Positions 14,150 to 24,949 of a stretch of DNA of 64,000 nucleotides are shown in pieces. Numbering within the stretch: position 1 is the first letter of the stretch; every line of letters begins with the position of its first letter. Below the pieces are notes generated by a model. It searched no databases. It was not told the DNA's origin and worked only from the letters and a program-made list of their open reading frames with translations. A program made the translations under genes and the position numbers. Source of the stretch: Podarcis cretensis (Eukaryota); NCBI GenBank assembly GCA_951804945.1, contig OX638157.1:51460001-51524000 (forward strand). Direction: 5' to 3'.

Positions 14150-14464
14150 AAAGGTTAGCAGAGTAGAAACACCTGCCTCAATGCTTCCCGCCGCACACGT
14201 ACACTTTTTCCTGCTGCGCAGGTCACTCCATTAACCTTGCCCCCTCTTTACCAGGTAGTAGGAAAGGGCTTCTTTTTTTGTTCTTTCCTGAAGGAAAGTG
14301 CTACCATAGTTAGTCCAGCCACACTTGTTATATTAATTTTATTTTTTGATCCTATGTGACAGGTGTGGTCAGAGGTAGGCTTGGGCACTGCTTGCATGTG
14401 AGCCAGTTGAGCTGGCAAAGGAACGGTAGAGCACTCGGCTTTCCCAGTCTGATCAGCTTTCAGA
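14150..14464 (+). promoter_or_regulatory. Candidate promoter/5'UTR upstream of the 14465 exon
   Basis: Repeat-free and CpG-retaining. Contains E-boxes (CACCTG, CAGGTG), TTCCCGCC (E2F-like) and an AGGTCA half-site. Confidence 0.35.
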
Positions 14465-14611
14465 ATGGCGATGCAAAGTATCCTGTCACATTTTGTCAAC
14501 TCAGTCGGCTTTTCTGCAGTCAGTAAAACCCAATTGGTCTGGCAAAGCAGTGCGCTCACACCCTGCTTTGCCAACCCAGTTGTTCACCATTTAGTTGCCA
14601 ATGGTGGCCAG
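14465..14611 (+). CDS. Candidate (alternative first) coding exon, MAMQSILSHFVNSVGFSAVSKTQLVWQSSALTPCFANPVVHHLVANGGQ, phase-0 donor
   Basis: ATG in strong Kozak context (AGAATGG), 49 open codons, ending exactly at the consensus donor CAG|GTGAGT. The other two + frames contain stops. The peptide was not recognised. Confidence 0.45.
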
Positions 14612-14942
14612 GTGAGTGGTTAAATATGAGACTATAATCAATTTTCCACTACTACTTGGAGATCAAAGAGAGCTTTAATTTCATTTTGATCGCCGTGACT
14701 AAAATTGAGAAAATAATATGACATTGCAAAGGAGAGTAGAGTTGTACCCTTAATGGTGTGTATATAAAAACGTTTTTATAGGTTCTCTTCTTTTCATGCA
14801 GCATCTAAAAAAGCTGACCACACTGCTCAACTATTAAAAGTTATGTTGGAGAATAGCCCTCATTTATCTGGTCACATTATATGAAAATAAACCTAGAGAA
14901 AAAGGTGGCTTATAAAATTAATATTTCAAAACCCTTTTAAAA

Positions 14943-15291
14943 GGTAAAGGGACCCCTGACCATTAGTCCAGTCATGACCGACTCTGGGGTTGCGGCGCTC
15001 ATCTGACTTTATTGGCCAAGGGAGCCGGCGTACAGCTTCCGGGTCATGTGGCCAGCATGACTAAGCCACTTCTGGCGAACCAGAGCAGCACACGGAAACG
15101 CCGTTTACCTTCCTGCCGGAGCGGTACCTATTTAGCTACTTGCACTTTGACGTGCTTTCGAACTGCTAGGTTGGCAGGAGCAGGGACCGAGCAACGGGAG
15201 CTTACCCTGTCGTGGGGATTCAAACCACCGACCTTCTGATCGGCAAGTCCTAGGCTCTGTGGTTAACCCACAGCGCCACCCGCGTCCCTCA
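14943..15291 (-). mobile_element. Full-length Sauria SINE
   Basis: The minus strand starts GGGACGCGGGTGGCGCTGTGGGTTAACCACAGAGCCTAGGAC (tRNA-like head) and ends in an ACCTTT-type tail. The 16-bp TSD CAAAACCCTTTTAAAA lies at 14927-14942 and 15292-15307. Confidence 0.95.
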
Positions 15292-16410
15292 CAAAACCCT
15301 TTTAAAAAGTCTAAAATGTCCAGTGTCCATTTCTATATATGTTGTTGTTCTCTGTATTTGTGATTTTGTAAAGTGAGATCAGGGTAGTGTGGTGTGCATG
15401 GTAGAACTAAGTTATGAATGTAACTGTTTACAATAATCTAACAAGCTTTGTGATACTTGTTAAATGGTTTGAGAGAAGGTATCCAATGATATACACTGCC
15501 CTAAATCTAGTGTTCTTGTGTGTATCATCAAATATGATCAACATAACTAGTTTTCTGAAAAGTACTGTTTTTATTTTATTTTTATTTTTATTTAACTCCT
15601 ATAACCTTGTACTGTGTTCTAGTATCTAGTTCTTGGATTAGAGTCTATGGAAACTGTAGTGCTGCTTTACCATTATCTCTACAGACATAAAATAGAGTGT
15701 AGTAGATAAGGCTTTTGACATCTTGATGAGTTTATGCATTACAACTTGCTGATATTATTAGTGCATACTATAGAGCATATTTTCTAGAGCCACTTCATGT
15801 TACCTTCTAAAAGTCCTAAACGGCTTTGCCCCTTCCTTGTATGATAGCTATATACACAACTCTACAGAGAAAGCCAAATGCTGCATCTTTGACCTTTCTG
15901 TTTATCAGTAATCTAATGAGACATATCTGCTGTAGTTACAACATTTCTTGCACTAGTTCTTGCTAATAGCACAGACCCTGTCCATTGGGGGCTAAGAATA
16001 TTTAATCCTTTAACGCTGACATATACAACACATAGCCATGTCAGCTACAGCTGTTTCCAAACATCAGTAACAAAATTATAGACAGGTTTTGAAGCTTCCG
16101 TGGTGAAAATGAATACATCTGAGGATTCAACTTGCTGACAGTGTTTATGTAATTTAATCTTACCATCTGGAAGAAAGTAAACATTTTTTAGAAAATTAAA
16201 GTTAAGGAAATAAACCCCTTGTGGTTTTTAAATTTTGTTATGTTCATTAAAATGTACAATTGCAAGTTCATTGTAGCTTTTATCTTGAAGATTATTATTC
16301 AGAAACCCTTGAGACATCAACTCTTATGTTAAAAATTACTTTTTTATTCCCTAGTTGTGATTTTATTTTTTTGCACAACCTGTAAAAAAGGAAGAATGAA
16401 CAAAGTTTTT

Positions 16411-16948
16411 TGTTGTAGTGGAATTGCAAAATAAAAATATCATTAATCTCGGGATCCAGCAAGTGTTAAAATTTAATCAAGACTTCTAATTCTTGGAATA
16501 GCCAAGCAAGCCTCTTGGTAAGGTGATAACCTGGGTGATGAGCCATTAAGCGGGAATAAGGGGCTTGGTGCAAGATGGCAAATGAGTGGGGCCCCTTCCC
16601 CCAGCGGAGAAAGCCATAGTTTAGAGTAGAGAGTCTTGGAGCAGCGATGCCATCTAGAAGGAAAGCAGCAAGCTGGAGAGAGAGTTAGAGAAATATTTGG
16701 CAGCAGTTTTGATTTCTGTTTGAATCTTAAGGCTGCAGCTGTGGGAGAAACACGACCCTGTTGGCGTGGTAATGCTGTGAACGCCTCCATCATAGACTCA
16801 GGTTGTATATATGTGTAAATAAATAATATATCATAAGGACACCACAGTCTCTACTGTGCCTCATTCCCAAAAGGAAATACAAACTCTGGGTAAGCATCTG
16901 GAACCCCCGGAATTTTTCACTACTCAGAGATTGGGGTGGTGTGCAACA
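16411..16948 (+). mobile_element. LTR (solo or 5' LTR), Gypsy-like
   Basis: TGTTG...CAACA termini and AATAAA at 16818. Colinear similarity to 22076-22636 (cagcaagtgttaaaatttaatcaag; ttgtatatatgtgtaaataaa; gacaccacagtctct...gtgcctcatt). No clear TSD. Confidence 0.7.
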
Positions 16949-17021
16949 ATATGATTAGGTCTAAAATATTTTAAATATTGTTTATACTTAAGTTTTGAAG
17001 ATTTAGGCCAGAGGGACTTAA

Positions 17022-17290
17022 CAGAATCCAGTTGGTGTTCCTGCGCTCACAGAAGGGCTTTTTAATCTGGATATTATTTTTTCTTCCCCCTCCCCTTCCC
17101 CATGCATCCCCCATGCCTCCTTCCATTTTGTCAGGCAGGAGTCCCCCAACCCTTTGGCACTGATTTGTGCATAGCACTAGGGGCTGCAGGGGGAACAGGG
17201 AATTTGCAGAAATTGTCTTCATTATTCCATTAGCAGAGGCATCTGCTGGATTGAAATCCCTGAGTGCAATGGCACCAAGTGGATTTTTGC
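17022..17290. repeat. Dispersed ~250-bp degenerate foldback repeat (copy 2)
   Basis: Imperfect inverted ends aatccagttggtg ... caccaagtggatt. Shares its core with 6367-6610. Confidence 0.55.
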
Positions 17291-17719
17291 ACATTGATAA
17301 TAGGCTTAGGTTCACTTACAGTCCAATCCTAGGCATGTTTTGTCAGAAGTAAGTCCCACCATGTTAAAATAGGGCAGACTACTTGCTAAGTCTATTTAGG
17401 CTACCTATATGTTGCACTGTATGTGTTGCAATTAGACTTTCTTCTTGACTCATTCGTTCTTTGAAGCAATTCCAAGTTTCCAGTTTATTTCTTTAACATT
17501 TTTTAAATTATAGTTATGTGTTTGGAGTGGTTCTTCCATTTTTTAAATCTCCCGTTAATCTTAATCTTTACCTCCTCTCACTGACGGCAATGGCAAGGAA
17601 TTTACTGCACCATTTCTTTGGGGCTTATCAAAGGAATGAGGAGGCTTTGGATACTGTTGTTCCTTGGCTTCCTCGCAGAACACATTTTTCTTAAGCTCTA
17701 ACTTGCATGGAGAACTGAC

Positions 17720-18850
17720 AGCACACCATGGAGGACTCTGCCCATGGACCTCCCTTTCTGCCTGCCCAGAGGTAAGTTCACAGTGACCTCTGGGATCTCA
17801 GCTGCTCTCATGAGAAGCAAAGGCTCCCTTAAAGGCTGAAAAGGGGTTCGTTATGAGAAATCAGGCCTTGTCATAAAAGTGAACATTCCTGCTTGATTCC
17901 ACAAGTAGCATTGGAGTGAAAAACATAGAACTGCTCCTCTTAATTGCAAATATACCAAGAAATAAAGGAGTAAGACAAAAGCGATGATTAAAATAGGACC
18001 ACATTTTATTAAATGCATCTGCAGGAGAGTGAGAAGTATAGGAAGCTAACATTAACTTCAACCTTGGGCAGCCCGTACCTTGTCCAACTTAAGAGCATGA
18101 CAAAGCATAGCTCCAAACTAAAAAGTGGTCCAAAGCAGCCCATAGAGGTATGACCAAGACCTACCACACTCATGTTCTCATGACACAGGCACCAGCATGT
18201 ATTTTGCCTTCTCCCTGACCGACAGCATCAATGCTTCCACACTTAGCATAGCAGGATTGTATTCACATGTGCAAACTTTTCTGGCCAGTGAAGTAGGCAT
18301 TTTCCTGTATCATCGACCACTATGGAAATGGAGCTTCCTGCCTCCACAGGAACTAATGGAGCAATTAGTTCCTTAGAAGGTTTGAAAAAGACTGTATGGA
18401 GGGAAGGTTCAGAGGGTAGGAGCTGAAGGCCTTCTCCTATAGATGAGATACAGAGGTGGGCTTGACCTTACTCCCATTCTTAGACATCTGGCAACAATTA
18501 AAAAAACACAACCCTGTACATTTGTCTGTCAGCATGCTCTGTTTTTTTCTGGGCAGTCAGGTAGGAGCTTCTCTTTGTGGCCAGCCAGAATAAAGAGAAT
18601 CTGAATCCTTTTGAATGGCAAACCAAACACCAGCACCCCAATGCATTTCAGTGCTCATGGGGTCCCAAATAATGTTTTGGTGAAGCAGAATGCTGCTCCA
18701 CCATCCTTTGCTAAAACCAGAACTTTGAACTGGGGCATCAATAACTTTATTCTTGAAATGCACAACACAGTTCTTGAGGGCTCCTGGGGTCCTTTCTCCA
18801 CAGTAAAAGCCAGCAACCTCTAAATTGCCCCAAAGTGCTCCTCTAGTCAT
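17720..18850 (-). mobile_element. Degraded, internally deleted Ngaro-like (DIRS-order) tyrosine-recombinase retrotransposon
   Basis: Minus-strand remnants occur in Ngaro gene order: gag/RT-start-like (QHSAS...KDSDSLYSG), YR-like (TTF*FGAMLCHAL...ASYTSHS...TRPDFS*), then hydrolase-like (WAGRKGGPWAE). There are many stops and frameshifts. Confidence 0.45.
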
Positions 18851-20559
18851 TTGTCCTTGCCACCCACACTCCCACATGGGAAGTATGATTATGTGCATGA
18901 ATCAAGATGTGGTAATTTGATCTTCAGCATTTTTTCTTTTTTATAGCCAGGCAGTAAAAAGATTTCAAAAAACACCCTTCTGTAATATTGTTGCTTGCTC
19001 CTCGGGGAAAATGCCCATTATTACTAAACCAGGATCCATACTGAACTGTAATTATATTTATAGTATCAAGTCCTGACACAGACATCATGACTTGAGTATG
19101 ACCACACATAGATAAAAGTTCTGGTTTCTTTGGAGCCCCTTACAAAATTGATTGAATCTCTGACTGAAATGTTTTCCACTTTAATGAAGGTAAGAATTGG
19201 TTAGAATGCCACTGACATTTTCATATCAATTTTATAAACACTTCTCTCACTGTTGCTTCGATGCATCCCGTGTACACTTCCCAGCATGATCTCAATGCTA
19301 TAGAAGAGCCATAAGTTATACAATAACTTATGTAGCAACAAAACAATTTTCTACATTCTGAAAGGTTTATATGCATAACTGTTCAAAGCCAGTTAATAAA
19401 ATACAATATGAGTGAGAATAGGATTACTATTAGTTACTTCAAAGATATACAGAGACCATTTCAAATTACAAAAAGGAGGCAATGCAGAAATAAAATTAGA
19501 TTCTCTACTGAATAATACCAATAGATTTTTATGTGCAAATAAATTTACAATGAGGGCAGTGATAAGCCCTGGACCAGCTGATTGTGAAACACACACTGCA
19601 TTGGTTTAGATCTTACCATTGTGCATTTCAGTACCTTTGTAAAACTAAGTGATGCGCAAATCTTGCCAAGTCCTAACTTTATGAATCTGACCTAGACAGC
19701 TTGTTTGAAATAAATACACAGATGAATAGGTTCTTAAACATTTATAGTTGTGCCCTGTGTTAAATGAAAAGACCATGTTTAATGTTGATGCAATAAAAAT
19801 TAATTAGTTGTAAGTCAGGTTTTGCTTCAGTTGTAATTAGTTTAGTGCATAATTATTATGTCTAATAGCAATCTGAGATCTGCAAGCATTTTGATCTTAT
19901 TCCAAGTTTTTAGAATAACGCCTTTGTTAGATTTATATCATCAGTGGCTAATAAAATCTTATTAGTCAACCATATTACAGAGACTGTAATTTTTAAGTGG
20001 CTGAAACAACATTTACACTGATGTCAGTTCCATCATAGAGACATATTTTACAGTGAACATGTTCTTTACTTAATTGGAAAAGAATTAAATAATATAATGG
20101 TCATAATTCTCTTTTTGGAAGGAAATGTTTCATGTCTCTTTCCTAAAGTATATATTACAGAGGGCAAATAGGGGTTTCCAAAAAGCAAACCCAGAACCCT
20201 TTCACGCACAATTTGGCATTTAAAAAACCACAATTTGTCCACTAAATATTTCATAAAGCTTTTAGCATAATAAAAACAAACCTTAAATGATTTGTGTGAA
20301 CCTTTGATGTTCACACAAGTGATTTCACATATCTACCAAACTCTTGCCCTCCAGCTGTGAAAAGACTGAAGCTAACAAATGCTATAGTTTTGTAGAACGT
20401 TCGTGTTTTGGGTGTGGATTTTTTCCATCCTGTGAGCTATGAAAATTCAAAGACTGCATTTCCTTACAAATGTTTATAAATGGGAAAGCAACTTATCCAC
20501 CCATATTGCTAGGGACACTGAAGCTGCTTCCTCACAAAGTGATCATACACTGCTGTGTT

Positions 20560-22075
20560 AAGCCTATTGCAAGGGTCTATCCAGTTGGAAGATCCATTGG
20601 AAGGAGAATCTATATGGCGGATGCCATGTGCCAGCGCAGGAGGAAGGTGCCTCAGTGGAAGGCAAACTGCAGGATGGAGATGAAGACCTGCTGCTTATAG
20701 ATCTCTTCATTCCCACTGCATGTCTGTGTGCACCAGCATAAGAGGAAAGTTCCTCAGCAGAGGGCAAACTTCAGGAGCTGCTGCTTACAGATCTGTTCAC
20801 TTCATTTGTGTCAGTGGAGCAGGAGGAGTAGCTAGCATTGAAGGAAGTGCTGGTGTTTTCATCAGTAGAGGAGAACATGCAGGAAAAGTTTGAGGCCTGC
20901 GTCTGTGCACCAAAGGAGCAGCTGGCTAATGCTGAATTGGGTGAGAGAGAAAAACCCCCACTGATTTTCCTCCTGGGTGCCCCAAGATGGCCTTGTGGGC
21001 TGGGGACCAGTCCCTACGCTGGGTGCAGCCCTTAAGCAGGCCTCAGCAGCAAAGGTCACCCAGGGTCCCCGGGGTATGGGGGGCAAGAGCAACTGGGAGG
21101 ATTACCTGTCTTTGGACCCAGGAAGCATTTGAGAGATGTTGGGAGTGAGCAGTGAGGGGAATTCTGGGCCGCCAGCTTGGGTGGACTGGGCCAGCTGATC
21201 CTGAAGAAGGTTTCCCCAGATAAAGACTTGTGGCAGAACATGGATTTGCAGTTTGGAGCAGAGGAAGAAGTGGACTCACCAGGGGTAGCAAGAGGAAGAA
21301 AAATGAAGGTGATTCCAATGAGGCAGCAGATATGTTCCTAGAGTTGTGTCTTGAAGCCCTGCTTGCAGTTTTGGGACTGGAGTGTGAGTTTGGAGCCTCT
21401 GATCCACACCTAGAAGGGAGGCAGCAGAGGGCTCAAAAAAGACTGAATCTGTGATTTGAGCCCCAAAGTAGCTGTTGAACTGAGAACTCTGTGAAATTGT
21501 GCTGTTTTGGACTCTTTACCTGTTTGCTGCAGGGTTCCTTCCTGCATGGTTTGGCAACAGTGTTTGTTTTTATGCTGTTGATTTGTGTTTTCTGCATGTT
21601 TGTGCCAATGGGAACTGCTCAATATTTTTAAGGAATTGTTCAGATAACTTTGTGTGTGTATTAGAAAGCTGCTTTGTTCTGCAGCAGCACAAGGAAAAGA
21701 ATGAGCAAGGTCTTTGGGTTTTGCAGCTCTGGTATTGAAGCTTGCATCTTGGCTTAAACATGTCCAAAACTCATCAACTCTGGGCTGCCAAATGTGGGTG
21801 TCTAGGAAAACTGCTTTGGGATGCAGAACAGTGACTAAGAAGTGTGCACCAAGGAGAAATTGCAAGGACTGAAGAGATCCTGATCGACTGAAACTTGCTG
21901 GAAAGGAATAAGCTGTTACTGTAATAGTTTTGAGTTAAAAGTGTAATTGTGTTTTATTATCTGTGTGTTCTAATGCCTTTGCTAACTTGTCTGTTATTTT
22001 TTTTCTACAGAGAAGCTGTATTTTGCTGTTTGTTTGCACATCTGGGGACAGATTCTGTTTCATGTGGGGGGAGTT
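20560..22075 (+). mobile_element. 3' internal region of an LTR retroelement, with a decayed acidic repetitive ORF and polypurine tract
   Basis: The frame from 20622 reads PAQEEGASVEGKLQDGDEDLLLIDLF...PA*EESSSAEGKLQELLLTDLF...EQEE*LALKEVLVFSSVEENMQEKFE. The motif ctggggacag...GGGGGGAG (22066-22073) sits 2 bp before the TG of the LTR. Confidence 0.55.
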
Positions 22076-22636
22076 TGTGGGTGCCAGACCTCTCTAATCC
22101 CTGAGTCCAGCAAGTGTTAGAATTTAATCAAGGCTTGGGATGTTAAGTTGAAAGGAAGTCCTCTCTGATCCCCATATTCAGCAAGTGTTAAAAGCTAATC
22201 AAGCCTTCAAATTCAGGAAAGCAGCTAGGCTAGGCTTCTGGTGAGGCGTAAGGAGAGCAAAGGAAGGGGCTCTGTGGGAGATGATAAATGGGTAGGGCCC
22301 ATCCCTCAACTCAGATAGTGAGAAGAGCAAAAGCCAGAGTTTAGAGTTTAGGAGTTTTGTTACTGAGAAGCAAAGCAGCAAGCTGTAAAGCCAGAGAGGC
22401 AGAACAATGGTGGATTTCTGTTTGAATCCAGTGCTGCGGCTATGGGAGAAACAAGACTCTTTAGGGCTGTTGATGCTGTGAACCCCTTAATTGCAGGCTC
22501 AGATTGTATATATGTGTAAATAAACAATGTATCATAGACACCACAGTCTCTGCTGTGCCTCATTTCCAAAAGGAAACACGAACCCTGGGAACCCCTGGAA
22601 TCTTGCACCGCTCAAAAATTTGGGTAGCATGCAACA
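22076..22636 (+). mobile_element. 3' LTR, Gypsy-like
   Basis: TG...CAACA termini, preceded by a PPT, with AATAAA at 22519. Homologous to 16411-16948. A ~45-bp internal duplication (22090-22135 / 22161-22205) makes 22141 an alternative start. Confidence 0.7.
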
Positions 22637-22769
22637 GCACAATATCATGTATTTCTGGTATTCAGATGCATACAGAGTGTGGAATTTCGCTTCAGAAAAG
22701 CAGCTGCCATACACGTATATTTTAATGGGACTAAAACTTTTTATTTTGTATAAGTATACTGTACATTGG

Positions 22770-23096
22770 CACGTGGGTGGCGCTGAAGGTAAAACCTCAG
22801 CGCCTAGGACTTGTCGATCGCATGGTCGGCTGTTCAAATCCCCGCGGCGGGGTGAGCTCCCGTTGTTCAGTCCCAGCTTCTGCCCACCTAGCAGTTCGAA
22901 AGCACCCTTAAGTGCAAGTAGATAAATAGGTACCGCTTTATAGCAGGAAGGTAAACGGCGTTTCTGTGTGCTGCTCTGGTGCCGGTTCGCCAGAGCAGCT
23001 TCGTCACGCTGGCTCCCGGCCTCTAGAGTGAGATGAGCGCACAACCCTGTCTGTCAAGACTGGCCCGTACGGGCAGGGGTACCTTTACCTTTACTT
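22770..23096 (+). mobile_element. Near-full-length Sauria SINE
   Basis: Head cacgtgggtggcgctg...cctaggacttg; tail ggggtacctttacctttactt. The 15-bp TSD TATACTGTACATTGG lies at 22755-22769 and 23097-23111. Confidence 0.93.
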
Positions 23097-23105
23097 TATA
23101 CTGTA

Positions 23106-23346
23106 CATTGGTACCTCGGGTTACAAACACCTTGGGTTACAAACACTTTGGGTTACAGACTCCGCTAACCTTGAAGTAGTACCTCGGGTTAAAACTTTAC
23201 CTCAGGATGAGAACAGAGATCGCGCGCCAGCGGCGCGGCGGCAGCAGGAGGCCCCATTAGCTAAAGTGGGACCTCTGGCTAAGAACCGTTTCAGGTTAAG
23301 AACGGACCTCCGGAATGAATTAAGTTCGTAACCAGAGGTACCACTG
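23106..23346 (+). mobile_element. Tigger/pogo-like MITE, family A
   Basis: TA|CATTGGTACCTCGGGTTAC ... GTAACCAGAGGTACCACTG|TA. Confidence 0.92.
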
Positions 23347-24949
23347 TAGTTCAAAACATGTAAATTACCCAACAGATAAACCTTGAATAAACTAAAAGAA
23401 GAAAAGTGCCTATTTGTGTTATTTCCTTGAAAGTCTCAGTAAGCTTTGCATCGACTACACTTAGTTGTTGAAGTTGATCCACAAAGTTTCATGGTAACAT
23501 TTTTAATCAAGTATGTCCCTCCATGTATTCCAGTGGGTCTGAGATAGTTTTCTCTGCTGATATTCACAGTGCATGAATGAGATGTATAAAAGAAGTCTGA
23601 TTTGCTTTGAGACTACGTAAACCTTTTATTTACTTTTTATTTTTGAAATTTGTAGCCCACCTTTCAGCTTTGATTTTTTCCCACTTAGTAGTAAAGTATA
23701 TAACTACCCTGCAGGTTTTTAGGCTTTTGATTTCACTTAGTTTTATTTGCTGCTTGTTATCAATGAAAATTTTATTTATTTTTTCTTCTCCCTGCTCAGA
23801 AATTGATACGATATTGGAAATAGATCAAATCTTAAGTATACATACCTTGATATTTTCCCAAGCAAAGCATAATGCATATGTGGATGAACCTTTATGTAGT
23901 ACAATTAAACAGCAGTGCTTACAGTCTTTCTTTTAAAAAATACCTCCCCACACACTTAAATTGGCATTAAATTTGACTTCAGGTGTTCACATTTCTGTCA
24001 GAACTATTGTTTCAGGCTAGATGCAATCAGCAAGTTGTTTAAGGAATTATCATACTGATAACATCTTGTGTTACATTTTGAATGATAAGAGGAGAATAAA
24101 TTTTTAATATGAAAATTTATTCTAAATAAAATTTATGCAGAGTTTTCAAAGGGGTTGGCCATTTATGCAGCTGCTTTAGTTGCATTATATGCAGCAACAT
24201 GCTCAAAGACTGATTAGCAATCTAATGAAATCATTAGACACCTGGGTTTGGGCAACCTGCAGTAGCATAACACTGGTAGTAAATGAACTGTGAAAAATCA
24301 GTATTTAGGAAATGCAGTGTTGTTGTTTTTACTAAGTTATACTTATCTGGAGTAAGCTCCATTGAACAGTCAATTGAACTTACTGTTGGTAGGTAGACAT
24401 AAGGTTGTGCTGTAAATAACATACAAGGGGAAGTATCACCCAATTGGTGACAGAACACGTTTTTTTAAAGCTACTAGAGTAGTCACTTTTTTATTGAGAA
24501 AAAAGAGGAAATGTATATCCAAGGAGAAGATACAGATTTGCATTTGCTAATTAATGTTTAGATGCAAATTCAGACATGATTACTATAATTTAAATAGAAA
24601 TAGAAATACATATTGTCGTGATGGGGAAAACCTGGTGACTTAGTCCATATGCTAACTGTTAAGGGCACTCCTCTCCCTTCTTATGGTTCCTCAACTGGAC
24701 ACATTTGATTTCATGACGTTGTTCAGCTGAAACAAAGCAAGACATCTATCAGAATGATGAACATTATAAGATGCTCAGTAGACCTTGTCCATTAACATTT
24801 GCATATTCTTTGCAATGCTGATAGGGTTAGTTGTCCAAGTGTACATTATACCTGTGCTTTAAGCTCCTCGCTGGCTTTCTTATTTCCCAACATATTTCAT
24901 CCATGCACAAAGACAAGATGAAAAGCAAAGGAAAGATAAGTAGTATGTT

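Noticed and set aside
14540-14562. Iron-responsive element (CAGUGC)
   Set aside because: The bases flanking CAGTGC do not form the required 5-bp upper stem with a bulged C.
15200-15291. tRNA genes (A/B-box-like sequence here, at 22770-22860 and at ~56950)
   Set aside because: These are tRNA-derived SINE heads with no complete cloverleaf.
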